A stretch of DNA of 64,000 bases from an uncultured Gemmatimonadaceae bacterium (GTDB taxonomy: Bacteria; Gemmatimonadota; Gemmatimonadetes; Gemmatimonadales; Gemmatimonadaceae). The notes below the pieces were generated by a model, which was not told the DNA's origin, searched no databases, and saw only the letters and a list, made by a program, of their open reading frames with translations. Below, in pieces: positions 29,731 through 39,147 of the stretch; positions within the stretch are counted from its first letter, which is position 1; each line of letters opens with the position of its first letter. A program made the position numbers and the translations under genes. The DNA is taken from positions 896,001 through 960,000 of the forward strand of contig CAVVTZ010000007.1 in the NCBI GenBank assembly GCA_963751275.1. Direction: 5' to 3'.

Positions 29731-30383
29731 TTGGCGTTGAACTGATGACAGTAGTGGTTCGGGTCAGCGCGCAGCCACTCCTGCTTGGTCATCCAGGAGT
29801 ACGCCTCACACTCCTCCTTGAGCTGCTGCTTCTGCTGCTTCACCTCGGTCTTCAACGCCTTCTGCCACTCCTTCGCAAATGCGACGGATGGGAATCGATA
29901 CACCCCCTCCCACACGTGCCCATGGGCGAGTAGGTCGAAGGCGGCGGTGAGTTGGGCATCCTGTCCCTTGATGTTCCATTTCAGGCCGCCCTTCGAGATG
30001 TCGCCCGCGTAGCTCCACTGCCACGCGTCGCCCGACTTCACGACCAGCATGCATTGGAATCCGCTGTTCGGCCGCGCGTTGTCGTACTGTCCCGACCAGA
30101 CCCAAGAGCCGTTCCGGCTGATGGTCAGCTCCGCCGACCCGCCCCCGTTCTTGAACTCCCAGTGGATGATGATCTGCCCGTTCTTGCCGATCCCGCGCTG
30201 GATCCCCGTGTTCTCCTCGACCGGAGCCTCGACCGTCTGCTCGGTCTGAAGGGCCGGAATGGGCTGGCTGCTATCCGCCGCGTGCTTCTTCTTCCCCCCT
30301 CCTTGCGCACTCAATGGATTCGCCAGCGCGACGACGAGCAGGCAGACGCAGGCGACCGCAATCGGTGAGTTCCGCATCGTCAT
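29721..30383 (-). CDS. Secreted hypothetical protein
   Basis: GGAG RBS, signal peptide (PLSA-Q). Confidence 0.7.
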   Translation of the reverse strand: MTMRNSPIAVACVCLLVVALANPLSAQGGGKKKHAADSSQPIPALQTEQTVEAPVEENTGIQRGIGKNGQIIIHWEFKNGGGSAELTISRNGSWVWSGQYDNARPNSGFQCMLVVKSGDAWQWSYAGDISKGGLKWNIKGQDAQLTAAFDLLAHGHVWEGVYRFPSVAFAKEWQKALKTEVKQQKQQLKEECEAYSWMTKQEWLRADPNHYCHQFNAKWY

Positions 30384-30607
30384 GGCTCCCAATGTTAGGG
30401 GAAGCTGCGTTTCCAACATAGGGCGGATGGGGCCGGAGCGCGACAGGGGCATTCGTCGAACAACCGGGAGCCGATTGCCGGGAGCCGATGAGGCATGACA
30501 ACGCATGGCGTCACTACTTGCGACTCAGGATTCTCCCGACGCGGCGAGGGTGTTTACGCGGTATGATTCTAACGGCGCGAAAGCGCTCACTCGTCCAGGA
30601 GATCCTC

Positions 30608-32536
30608 TTGAATCGCATCGCCCGCTGTCTCGATCTGCTCGCGCCCGTTCTCACGGCCGTGATTCTCGCGAACACCGCCGCCGCGCAGGGTGCGCCGGCG
30701 GCCGACACCACGCGCAAGCCGATCGAGGCGAAGAAGCCCGACTATTCGCCGTACCCCGATCAGAACTTCCCCACTCGCGTCTACTGGGGCGTCGCGCACG
30801 TGCACACCGGATTCTCCTTCGACGCTGGCATGTTCGGGATCACGCTCACGCCCGATGATCTCTTCCGCGTCGCCCGCGGCGGCACGGTGGTCATGGACAA
30901 CGGCCAGACCTTCAAGATGGACCGGCCGCTGGATTGGGTGTCGGTCACGGATCACGCCGAGTACCTCGGCATCTCCGACCAGATCCGCAACGCCAGCCCC
31001 GAGCTGCTCGAGAACCCGCAGGGGAAGCGGTGGTACGAGATGTCGAAGACGAGCCCGGAAGAAGGGGTGAAGGCCGCGATCGAGGCCGTCGTCTCCATGC
31101 AGACGGGCAAGCCGGTGTTCAAGAGCGACAAGCTCGCCGCCGCGGCGTGGCTGCACGCGACCGCCGCCGCCGAGAAGTGGAACGAGCCGGGCGTCTTCAC
31201 GGCGCTGCACGGCTTCGAGTGGACCTCCGCGCCGGGCGCGAACAACCTGCACCGCACGGTGATCTTCCGCGACAACGCGGACCGGGTGAACCAGATCCTT
31301 CCATTCTCGACGTTCGACAGTCCGGATCCGCTGGAGTTGTGGAAGTTCATGGACGGATACGAGAAGAAGACGGGCGGCCAGGTGCTCGCCATTCCGCACA
31401 ACGGCAATTTGAGCAACGGCGCAATGTACTCGGCTTCGACGTTCGACGGGAAGCCGATGGACCTGGCATACGCCGAGATGCGTGCGGCGCATGAGCCGCT
31501 GTTCGAGGCGACGCAGATCAAGGGCGACGGCGAGACGACGCCGTATCTCTCGCCCACCAATGAGTTCGCGAACTTCGAGCGCTGGGACGTCAGTTTCGGA
31601 AGCATGGAGAAGGCGAAGGACAGCGTGCTGAATGGCAATTACGTCCGGTCGGCGTTCCGACTGGGACTGGAACTCGAGAACAAGATCGGCGCCAACCCCT
31701 ACAAGTCGGGCCTCATCGGCGGGAACGACGCGCATGTCGGCGTCGTTACGACGCGCGAGGATAATTTCTTTGGGGAGTTCGCCAATGGCCTGCCGTCGCC
31801 GGATCGGTGGAAGGCGCCGCTTGCCATGATCGACAACGATCCGAAAAAGGGACCGCTCGTCTCCGTGTGGAACGAATCCGCGTCGGGACTCGGCGGCGTG
31901 TGGGCGCGCGAGAACACGCGCGAAGCGATCTGGGATGCGCTCAAGCGGAAAGAGGTGTACGCGACCACGGGCGACCGGCCGGTGGTGCGCGTGTTCGCGG
32001 GATGGGACTTCAAGCCGTCGGACAAGAACCGTCCGGATTTCGCGGCGAACGGATACGCGCACGGCGTGCCGATGGGCGGGAATCTCTCGGCGGCGCCCGC
32101 GGGGAAGCGGCCCACGTTCCTGGTGCTCGCGTGGCGTGATCCCGATGGTCCGAACCTCGACCGCATTCAGGTGGTGAAGGGCTGGCTGGGCGCCGACGGC
32201 AAGAGTCACGAGCGCATCTTCGACATCGCCGTGTCCGGCAGCCGCACGATCGGCGCGGATGGGCGCTGCCGCACGCTGGTAGGCAGCACGGTGAACATTG
32301 CGGACGCGAGCTACACGAACAGCATCGGCGCGCCAGCGCTCTCGGCGTACTGGAAGGATCCCACGTTCGTGGCATCGCAGCGCGCGTTCTACTATGTGCG
32401 CGTGATCCAGATCCCGTCGCCGCGCTGGACGGCGTACGATCAGAAGCGCTTCGGGATCAAGATGCCGGCGTACGTGCCGATGACCGTCACCGACCGCGCG
32501 TACACGTCGCCGATCTGGTATTCGCCGGCGAAGTGA
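30608..32536 (+). CDS. DUF3604 protein (PHP-like metallohydrolase)
   Basis: YWG.AHVHT, VTDHAEY, FEWTS, NLHR.VIFR, IPHNGNLSNG, KEVYATTG, RAYTSPIWY; start approximate. Confidence 0.92.
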   Translation: MNRIARCLDLLAPVLTAVILANTAAAQGAPAADTTRKPIEAKKPDYSPYPDQNFPTRVYWGVAHVHTGFSFDAGMFGITLTPDDLFRVARGGTVVMDNGQTFKMDRPLDWVSVTDHAEYLGISDQIRNASPELLENPQGKRWYEMSKTSPEEGVKAAIEAVVSMQTGKPVFKSDKLAAAAWLHATAAAEKWNEPGVFTALHGFEWTSAPGANNLHRTVIFRDNADRVNQILPFSTFDSPDPLELWKFMDGYEKKTGGQVLAIPHNGNLSNGAMYSASTFDGKPMDLAYAEMRAAHEPLFEATQIKGDGETTPYLSPTNEFANFERWDVSFGSMEKAKDSVLNGNYVRSAFRLGLELENKIGANPYKSGLIGGNDAHVGVVTTREDNFFGEFANGLPSPDRWKAPLAMIDNDPKKGPLVSVWNESASGLGGVWARENTREAIWDALKRKEVYATTGDRPVVRVFAGWDFKPSDKNRPDFAANGYAHGVPMGGNLSAAPAGKRPTFLVLAWRDPDGPNLDRIQVVKGWLGADGKSHERIFDIAVSGSRTIGADGRCRTLVGSTVNIADASYTNSIGAPALSAYWKDPTFVASQRAFYYVRVIQIPSPRWTAYDQKRFGIKMPAYVPMTVTDRAYTSPIWYSPAK

Positions 32537-33396
32537 TGCGGCTGGCGGATGCAGCGAAGAAGATAGTTCGCGAGCCGCTGGTTCACTTCCTGCTGCTGGG
32601 GGCGGTGATCTTCGCCGTCTTCGGCTGGCGGAGCGGGCAGTTCGACAGCGGCTCCAAGACGATCGTGGTCACGCAGGGCCGGATCGCGAGCCTCGCGAAC
32701 ACCTTCTCCACGACATTCATGCGCGAACCGAGCCCGCAGGAGCTGGACGGGCTCGTGCGCGACTACGTGCGGGAGGAGGCGGCGGTGCGCGAGGCCACCG
32801 CCCTCGGCCTCGATCGCGACGACCAGATCGTGCGCCGGCGGTTGCGCCAGAAGCTCGACTTCGTGGCGCAGGGATTCACCGCGCCGCCGGAGCCGAGCGA
32901 CAGCCAGCTGCAGGCGTATCTCACATCGCACCCGGAACAGTTCGCCACCGAGCGGCGATTCACCTTCCGGCAAGTGTATCTGGATCCATCGCGCCACGGC
33001 GCGGAGACGGCGCGCGACGCGGAGCGCGTGCGCGCCGAGCTGAGGAAGGAGGGCGCCAAGGCCGATCTGCGGCGGATCGGCGACGCGTCCGTGGTCGGCA
33101 ACGACTTCTCGAACGTGTCGTCGCAGGATGTGAAGTTCTCATTCGGCGACGCCTTCGCGACGGAGCTGGCCGGCGTCGCGCCCGGGCAGTGGGAGGGTCC
33201 GCTGCGGTCCACCTTCGGCGCGCACATCGTGTTCGTGTCCGCGCGCACGGAGGCCGGCACGCCGCCGCTCGCGAGGTGCACGACGCGGTGCGCCGCGAGT
33301 GGATGGCCGCGCAGCAGAAGGCGGCATCCGACGAGTTCTACGCGGCGCTCCTGCAACGCTACACCGTGGTGACGATTCGAGGGGACGACGCGGTGA
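32533..33396 (+). CDS. PpiC-type peptidyl-prolyl isomerase, frameshift near 33270
   Basis: REPLVHFLLLGA, LGLDRDDQIVRRRLRQK, WEGPLRSTFGAH; C-terminus continues in another frame. Confidence 0.85.
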
Positions 33397-34381
33397 AGCG
33401 CGCGCTCCTGCTGCTGGCGCTGCTCGCTCGGCGTTCGCGCCGCGCGCGAACGCGCACGAGATCCGGCCCGCGTATCTCGCGCTGCGGCAGACGGGGCCGG
33501 ACACCTATGACGTGCTCTGGAAGGTGCCCGGCAACGGTGATCTCCGGCTTGGCATCTACGTGCGCTTGCCGGAAGGCACGACGAACGTGACCGAGCCCAC
33601 GTGGGTGCTGGTGGACAACGCCTACGTGGAACGCTGGACAGTGCGGCGCGCGGGCGGGCTTACCGGCGAGACGATCCGCATCGACGGACTGAGTGCGATC
33701 GCGGTGGACGTGCTGGTGCGCGTCGAGCGGCTGGATGGTACCACGCAAGTGGAGCGGCTCACGCCGGCGTCGCCGTCATTCGTGATGCTGGCGAAGCCGG
33801 ACCGGGTGCAAGTGGCGCGCAATTACCTCGCGCTCGGCGTCGAGCACATCCTCACGGGCTTCGACCATCTGCTGTTCCTGCTCGGTCTCTTGCTGTTGGT
33901 GCGCGGCCTGGTGCCGCTGCTCAAGACGATCACGGCGTTCACGGTCGCGCACAGCATCACGCTCACGCTCGCCGCATTGGGCGTCGTGCACGTGCCGCCG
34001 CCGCCGGTGGAGGCGACCATCGCACTGAGCATCGTGTTCGTCGGCGCGGAACTGGTGAAGCAGCAGCGCGGCATCGTGAGTTTGGCGCAGCAGTATCCGT
34101 GGGTGGTGGCCGGTGCGTTCGGCTTCCTGCACGGATTGGGATTCGCCGGCGCCCTCGCGCGCATGGGGCTCCCGCAGGGGGACATTCCGCTCGCGCTGTT
34201 CATGTTCAACGTGGGCGTGGAGATCGGCCAGTTGATGTTCGTCGCCGCGTTCCTCGTGCTCGCTCGCGCCGTGCGCCGGGTAGAGATCCGGTGGCCGAGC
34301 TGGACGCGGCTCGTTCCGGGCTACGCGATCGGGAGCATCGCGGCGTTCTGGATGATCCAGCGGGTGGTAGGAGGATGGTGA
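33393..34381 (+). CDS. HupE/UreJ family protein, frameshift near 33430
   Basis: AHEIRPAYL, GVEHILTGFDHLLF, TAFTVAHSITL, FGFLHGLGFA, FNVGVEIGQ. Confidence 0.9.
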
Positions 34382-34391
34382 CGCGGGGACT

Positions 34392-35381
34392 CTAGCAGTC
34401 CGCGCCGCCGAGTACGCGCGCGAACACGTCGCGGTCCACATTGCCGCCGGAGATCACGATCCCCGCGCGCTTGCCGCGCATTGCGGGCGCTTCAGAAAGG
34501 AGTGCCGCGAGCGGCGCCGCGCCCGCGCCCTCCGCCACGTTGTGCGTGTCGCTGAACAACGCGCGCATGGCGTCGGCCACCTGGGCGTCGCTCACCTCGA
34601 TCACGCGCGCGAGCTTGCCGCGCATCGCGGCGAGCGCGTCGGCTACCGGCGTGCGGCAGGCCATGCCGTCGGCGAGCACGGTGGTCACCGGCGCCGATTG
34701 CAGCGTGCCGCTCTCGATCGAGCGCGCGTAGGCGGGCGCCTGCGACGAGACGACGCCCACGATCTCGGTGCGCAGGCCGAGCGCATCGCGCGCCGCGATC
34801 ATCCCGCAGATGCCCGACCCAAGTCCGATCGGCACGTACACCACATCGAGCGGCGGCGCACCACGAAGGAATTCGAGCGCGTACGTGCCCACGCCCTGTA
34901 CCAGCCACGGGTGAAATGACGGGATACGGTACCATCCGCGTTCGCTGGCGAGCTTCTCCGCATGTTCGAGCGACGCCTGGAAATCATCGCCGCTCTCGAT
35001 GAGCTCCACCCCGAGCGCGCGCATCGCGGCGTCCTTCTCCTTGCTGTTGCCGCGCGGGACCACGACGGCCGCCTTGATCCCGAAGCGCGCCGCCGCGAGC
35101 CCGATCGATTGGCCGTGATTGCCGCGCGTGGCGGTGACCACGCCCGGCACGCTCACGCCGCTCGCGGCGAGCTCGTGGAAGAACACCAGCCCGCCGCGCA
35201 CCTTGAACGCGCCCACCGGCGTGTGGTTCTCGTGCTTCACCCACACCTCGGTGCCCACGCGCTGGTCGAGGAGCGGCCAGCGCTGCTGCGGCGTGGCCGC
35301 GAGCACCTCGTGCACGATGGCGCTCGCGCGCTCCAGCTCGGCGAGCGTGGGGAGGAGTCTCCCCGAGGCGACGCTGGTCAT
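34392..35381 (-). CDS. Threonine/serine dehydratase-like PLP enzyme
   Basis: KHENHTPVGAFKVRGG, ATRGNHGQS, PIGLGSG, SGGNVD. Confidence 0.93.
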   Translation of the reverse strand: MTSVASGRLLPTLAELERASAIVHEVLAATPQQRWPLLDQRVGTEVWVKHENHTPVGAFKVRGGLVFFHELAASGVSVPGVVTATRGNHGQSIGLAAARFGIKAAVVVPRGNSKEKDAAMRALGVELIESGDDFQASLEHAEKLASERGWYRIPSFHPWLVQGVGTYALEFLRGAPPLDVVYVPIGLGSGICGMIAARDALGLRTEIVGVVSSQAPAYARSIESGTLQSAPVTTVLADGMACRTPVADALAAMRGKLARVIEVSDAQVADAMRALFSDTHNVAEGAGAAPLAALLSEAPAMRGKRAGIVISGGNVDRDVFARVLGGADC

Positions 35382-35428
35382 GCTTTGGATGTTAGCGATG
35401 GGCCATGCGCCTTGACAGATTCGCGTCG

Positions 35429-35551
35429 AACCAAACTGCTTTTGACAGGATGACAGGATAGGAGCAGGATTGACAGGATGACAGCCTCGCGCGAGGCTGT
35501 CATCCTGTCAATCCCGCTCCTATCCTGTCATCCTGTCAAAGCAGTTTGGTT
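35429..35551. repeat. ~61-bp-arm loopless palindrome of the GxxExxY-associated family (MITE-like orientation)
   Basis: AACCAAACTGCTTTTGACAGGATGACAGG...CAGCCTCGC|GCGAGGCTG...CCTGTCATCCTGTCAAAGCAGTTTGGTT. Confidence 0.93.
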
Positions 35552-35616
35552 TGAACTGTCAGAACTCTAGGGGAACTGGGCTACCCGAAGGGTCCTTTCC
35601 ATGGGAGGAGGATGCC

Positions 35617-36372
35617 ATGACCCAACCGAATCTCGACCGCCGCCAGTTCGTGAAATTCGGAACGCTCACCGGCGCGGGTGCGCTGCTGTTCGGATGCCGG
35701 CCTTCGCCGGAGCCGTGCCCCGCGCCGCCGGCCGCCGCGCCGCGCAAAGTCGTGACGCTCACCAAGGAGTGGCAGCAGGCGCTTACGCCGGAGGAGATCG
35801 TGGACTTGGCGAAGGCGGGCAACCAGCGTTTCGTTAACGATGAACGGCAGGATCGGGATTATCACCATGATGTCTCCGCCACCGCCGCCGGCCAGCATCC
35901 CGCGGCGGTGATCCTCAGTTGCATCGATTCACGCGCGCCCGCTGAGATCATCCTCGATGCCGGGATCGGCGACATGTTCAACGCGCGGATCGCGGGGAAC
36001 TTCGTGGACCGCGATCTCGCGGGGAGCATGGAGTTCGCGTGCGCCGTGGCCGGTGCCAAGGTGGTGATGGTCATGGGCCACACGAGCTGCGGTGCGATCA
36101 AGGGCGCCATCGACGGCGCGAAGCTCGGGAACCTCACGGCGCTCCTCGAAAAGCTCACACCGGCCGTGAACGCGGTGAAGAACTTCAATGGCGAGCGCAC
36201 GGCGAAGAACCCCGACTTCGTGAACGCCGTCGCCACCGAGAACGTGAAGCTCACCCTCGCCGAGATCCGGAAGATCAGCCCCGTGCTCGCGGGACTCGAG
36301 AAGGACAAGAAGATCCTGATGGTCGGCGCGATGTACCACGTTGAGACGGGGGCGGTGGAATTCCTCGGCTAG
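35617..36372 (+). CDS. Beta-class carbonic anhydrase with Tat-type signal
   Basis: DRRQFVK; LSCIDSR, RIAGN, GHTSCGA. Confidence 0.93.
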   Translation: MTQPNLDRRQFVKFGTLTGAGALLFGCRPSPEPCPAPPAAAPRKVVTLTKEWQQALTPEEIVDLAKAGNQRFVNDERQDRDYHHDVSATAAGQHPAAVILSCIDSRAPAEIILDAGIGDMFNARIAGNFVDRDLAGSMEFACAVAGAKVVMVMGHTSCGAIKGAIDGAKLGNLTALLEKLTPAVNAVKNFNGERTAKNPDFVNAVATENVKLTLAEIRKISPVLAGLEKDKKILMVGAMYHVETGAVEFLG

Positions 36373-36377
36373 CCAGC

Positions 36378-37205
36378 TTGCCGCGCGGTGATACCGATGG
36401 GAGATTCGCATCCATGCGCTTCCGGTGCCGGAACAGGGCGATCAGGTGCGGATGCAAGAGCTACCGCGCGGCCGTCGCCGTCGGGGCGCTGGCAGGCGCT
36501 GCGTGGCTCCCGGCGCAGACGCCGGACTCGCAGGCGCCGAAACCGGCCGCGCCGGCATTGATCTACACGCCGGGAACGATCCAGTATCCGCAGGCCATGA
36601 AGCCCTGGTCCCACAAGATGGCGGCGGGCGTGAGCCTCATCTCGATGCCCGCCGCCATCGCACAGTCCGGCAGCACGATCCGCTGGCCGCTGTTCGTCTA
36701 TGAGTACACGCTCGGGTTGCCGGCCCACTTCACGCTCGCCACGAGCTTCTCGACTGAGATCGTCACGAACCACATCGAGGCGATGCCACGCTGGCAGTTC
36801 GCCATCAGTGACCGGCTGCACGGGGATGTCGGCCTTGGCGTCGCCTATTGGTTCGGCCAGCTGACGGTCAACCGGTTCGATCAGCACATCCACGGATGGA
36901 TGGCCTATCCGTATGTCGGGATCGGTTACGACTGGGGCAAGCTCGCGCTCTCCTTCCAGGCGACGGGCACCCACGTCCTGTCGCTCGACACCAAGTCCGG
37001 CGACCTCACCGCGAACTACTCCACGGACTGGTACAGCGGCACGTCGTACCGGTTGATCCTCGAGCAGCCGATGTTCGGCCACACCACGCTCGGGTTCGCG
37101 CTGCAGGCGAGCCGCATCAAGTTCTACTACCCGCAGTGGCCGCTCTTCCCGACGTTCGACCGCTACTTCTGGATCCCCGAAGCACAGTTCTACTTCACGC
37201 TATGA
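36378..37205 (+). CDS. Hypothetical outer-membrane/secreted protein
   Basis: Aromatic beta-rich sequence ending QFYFTL; start uncertain. Confidence 0.65.
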   Translation: MPRGDTDGRFASMRFRCRNRAIRCGCKSYRAAVAVGALAGAAWLPAQTPDSQAPKPAAPALIYTPGTIQYPQAMKPWSHKMAAGVSLISMPAAIAQSGSTIRWPLFVYEYTLGLPAHFTLATSFSTEIVTNHIEAMPRWQFAISDRLHGDVGLGVAYWFGQLTVNRFDQHIHGWMAYPYVGIGYDWGKLALSFQATGTHVLSLDTKSGDLTANYSTDWYSGTSYRLILEQPMFGHTTLGFALQASRIKFYYPQWPLFPTFDRYFWIPEAQFYFTL

Positions 37206-38446
37206 TGATCTGGCGCCGAGGGATCACCCTGTTCGCGCTTGGCGCGGCGCTTGCCGCGTGCACGGAGCAGTTCGCCGCGGTCGTGCCGCAGTGGCCCAAC
37301 GGCGGGAACCTCGCGGGCACCCGCGCGCTCACCGCGGCCGAGAAGCGCTCGCTCGAGGGCGTGTACGTCGTGACCGAGGCCAACGGCCAATTCGGCGACA
37401 CGCTCGTGCTCAAGTGGAACGGCGAGTACCTCAGCGTCTACGCCGGGGTCCGGACGGCGTACATGATCATGCAAGCCGGCGCCACGCTGGACAGCGCCAC
37501 CGGCGACAGCACGATCTTCGTGCAGGGATACTGGGGCTACATCAGCACGGCCGCCACCGGCCTCGCGCAGATGACCACGCCGCTCCACCCGCCCTCCGGC
37601 GCCGCATTCACGGGCGCGTACGGCAACGGGAGCGGGCCCGCGACGAGCCTCATGGCGTTCCGGTTCCTGCGCCCGATCAGCCCCGCCGTGTTGTCGAAGA
37701 CGTTCTACTTGATCAGCCACCACGGCTCCGGCGGCACGCCCGAGCTCTTGCCGCAATCTGAGAACACGGTGGAGATCGCGAAGATCATCGAGCGCTACGG
37801 CGCCAACGGGATCGAGATCGACACGCGTCCCACCAAGGACAGCATCCCCGTGCTCTTCCACGACGGCTCGATGACGCCGCGTCTCACGCTCAAGGGATCG
37901 CTCGAAGGCCCGGTGGAGAACTACACCTTCGCGCAGCTCGAGCAGTATGTGAGGCTGCTGCACGGCGAGAAGATCCCCTCGCTCGCGGCCTTCCTCGACA
38001 CGGTGATCGTCGCCACGAACCTCGAATTCATCTACGTGGACATGAAATCCACGTCGGTCAACTTCGTCCCTCAGATCGTACAGGTGCAGGAGGCGGCGAT
38101 CGCCAAGGCCGCCCTGCTGCACCGGAACGTGCACATCTACATCGCCATCACCACCGACGATCTCTTCAACAAGTTCATCGCCCTGCCCGGGTACCAGGAC
38201 ATCCCGACGATCTGCGAACTCAGCATCGACCAGCTCGAGCAGGCGAATTCGCAGGTCTGGTCGCCCCAATCGAACCAGCAGATACCGCAGAGCGACATTG
38301 ACATGCTGCACGCGCAGGGCAAGCTCGCGATCACGTGGACCGTGGACGTGAGCGATTATCTGCGACAGTTCATCGAGCAGGGGCAGCTCGATGGAGTCCT
38401 CACGGATTATCTGCCCTTGGCATCGTACTACTACTACAAGCAATAG
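37202..38446 (+). CDS. Glycerophosphodiester phosphodiesterase family lipoprotein
   Basis: Lipobox LAAC; SENT, GIEID..TKD.IPVLFHD, WTVD, DGVLTDY. Confidence 0.85.
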   Translation: MMIWRRGITLFALGAALAACTEQFAAVVPQWPNGGNLAGTRALTAAEKRSLEGVYVVTEANGQFGDTLVLKWNGEYLSVYAGVRTAYMIMQAGATLDSATGDSTIFVQGYWGYISTAATGLAQMTTPLHPPSGAAFTGAYGNGSGPATSLMAFRFLRPISPAVLSKTFYLISHHGSGGTPELLPQSENTVEIAKIIERYGANGIEIDTRPTKDSIPVLFHDGSMTPRLTLKGSLEGPVENYTFAQLEQYVRLLHGEKIPSLAAFLDTVIVATNLEFIYVDMKSTSVNFVPQIVQVQEAAIAKAALLHRNVHIYIAITTDDLFNKFIALPGYQDIPTICELSIDQLEQANSQVWSPQSNQQIPQSDIDMLHAQGKLAITWTVDVSDYLRQFIEQGQLDGVLTDYLPLASYYYYKQ

Positions 38447-38447
38447 C

Positions 38448-39024
38448 GTGCGAGCGATCCGGTGGGCGGGAGCGGCGCTGGTGCTGGCCGTGGGCGCGGC
38501 GCACAGCCAGGACGTGCAGGCGAACAACACCACCACGCTCTTCGGCAACCTCGGTTACGAGTACAACGTCTCCGGCTTCACGCTCTCGCCGCCCGGCCTC
38601 GACCGGAGCGGACCCGTCGCGAGCGTGCGGATGATGTGGCATCCGGAATACCTCCTCAGTTTCGGCTGGGAGGCCGGGTACACGCGCCGCTTCTCCGTGA
38701 AGCAATCCGGCGACTTATCGATCAACAGCACATTCGAGCGCGTACCCGGTGCTCTTCGTCCTCTCGATGTCGCCCCTGCGGCGACTGCTCATCAACGCCG
38801 GCGCCGGGCCGGTGATCTCCACCACGAGCGTCAGGGCGCTCGGCGTCACGGCCACGCAAAGCACCGGACTCCGCGCGGGATTCATGGCGTCGGCGGCCTA
38901 TCTCTTCCCGGTCGCGCACCGCTGGGACATGGGCGCCGAATTCCGTTACCTGCGCGCCGAGCAGTACAACGACAATTTGTTGTCGTTGCAGCTCACTATG
39001 GCGTACCGGCTGAGCGGGAAGTAG
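38448..39024 (+). CDS. Small outer-membrane beta-barrel, frameshift near 38745
   Basis: Signal peptide, WHPEYLLSFGWEAGY; C-terminal strands in ORF 38749-39024. Confidence 0.65.
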
Positions 39025-39147
39025 CCGCCACGCGGCGGCGCGGCTGCAACGCTGCGACAGGGCGCTTCGTAATTATCGGGCGGCGCTGGCGGCGGCCCAC
39101 CGGGCGTCGTAGAATCCCGCTCGCCACTCAAAACGAGAGACTGCCTG

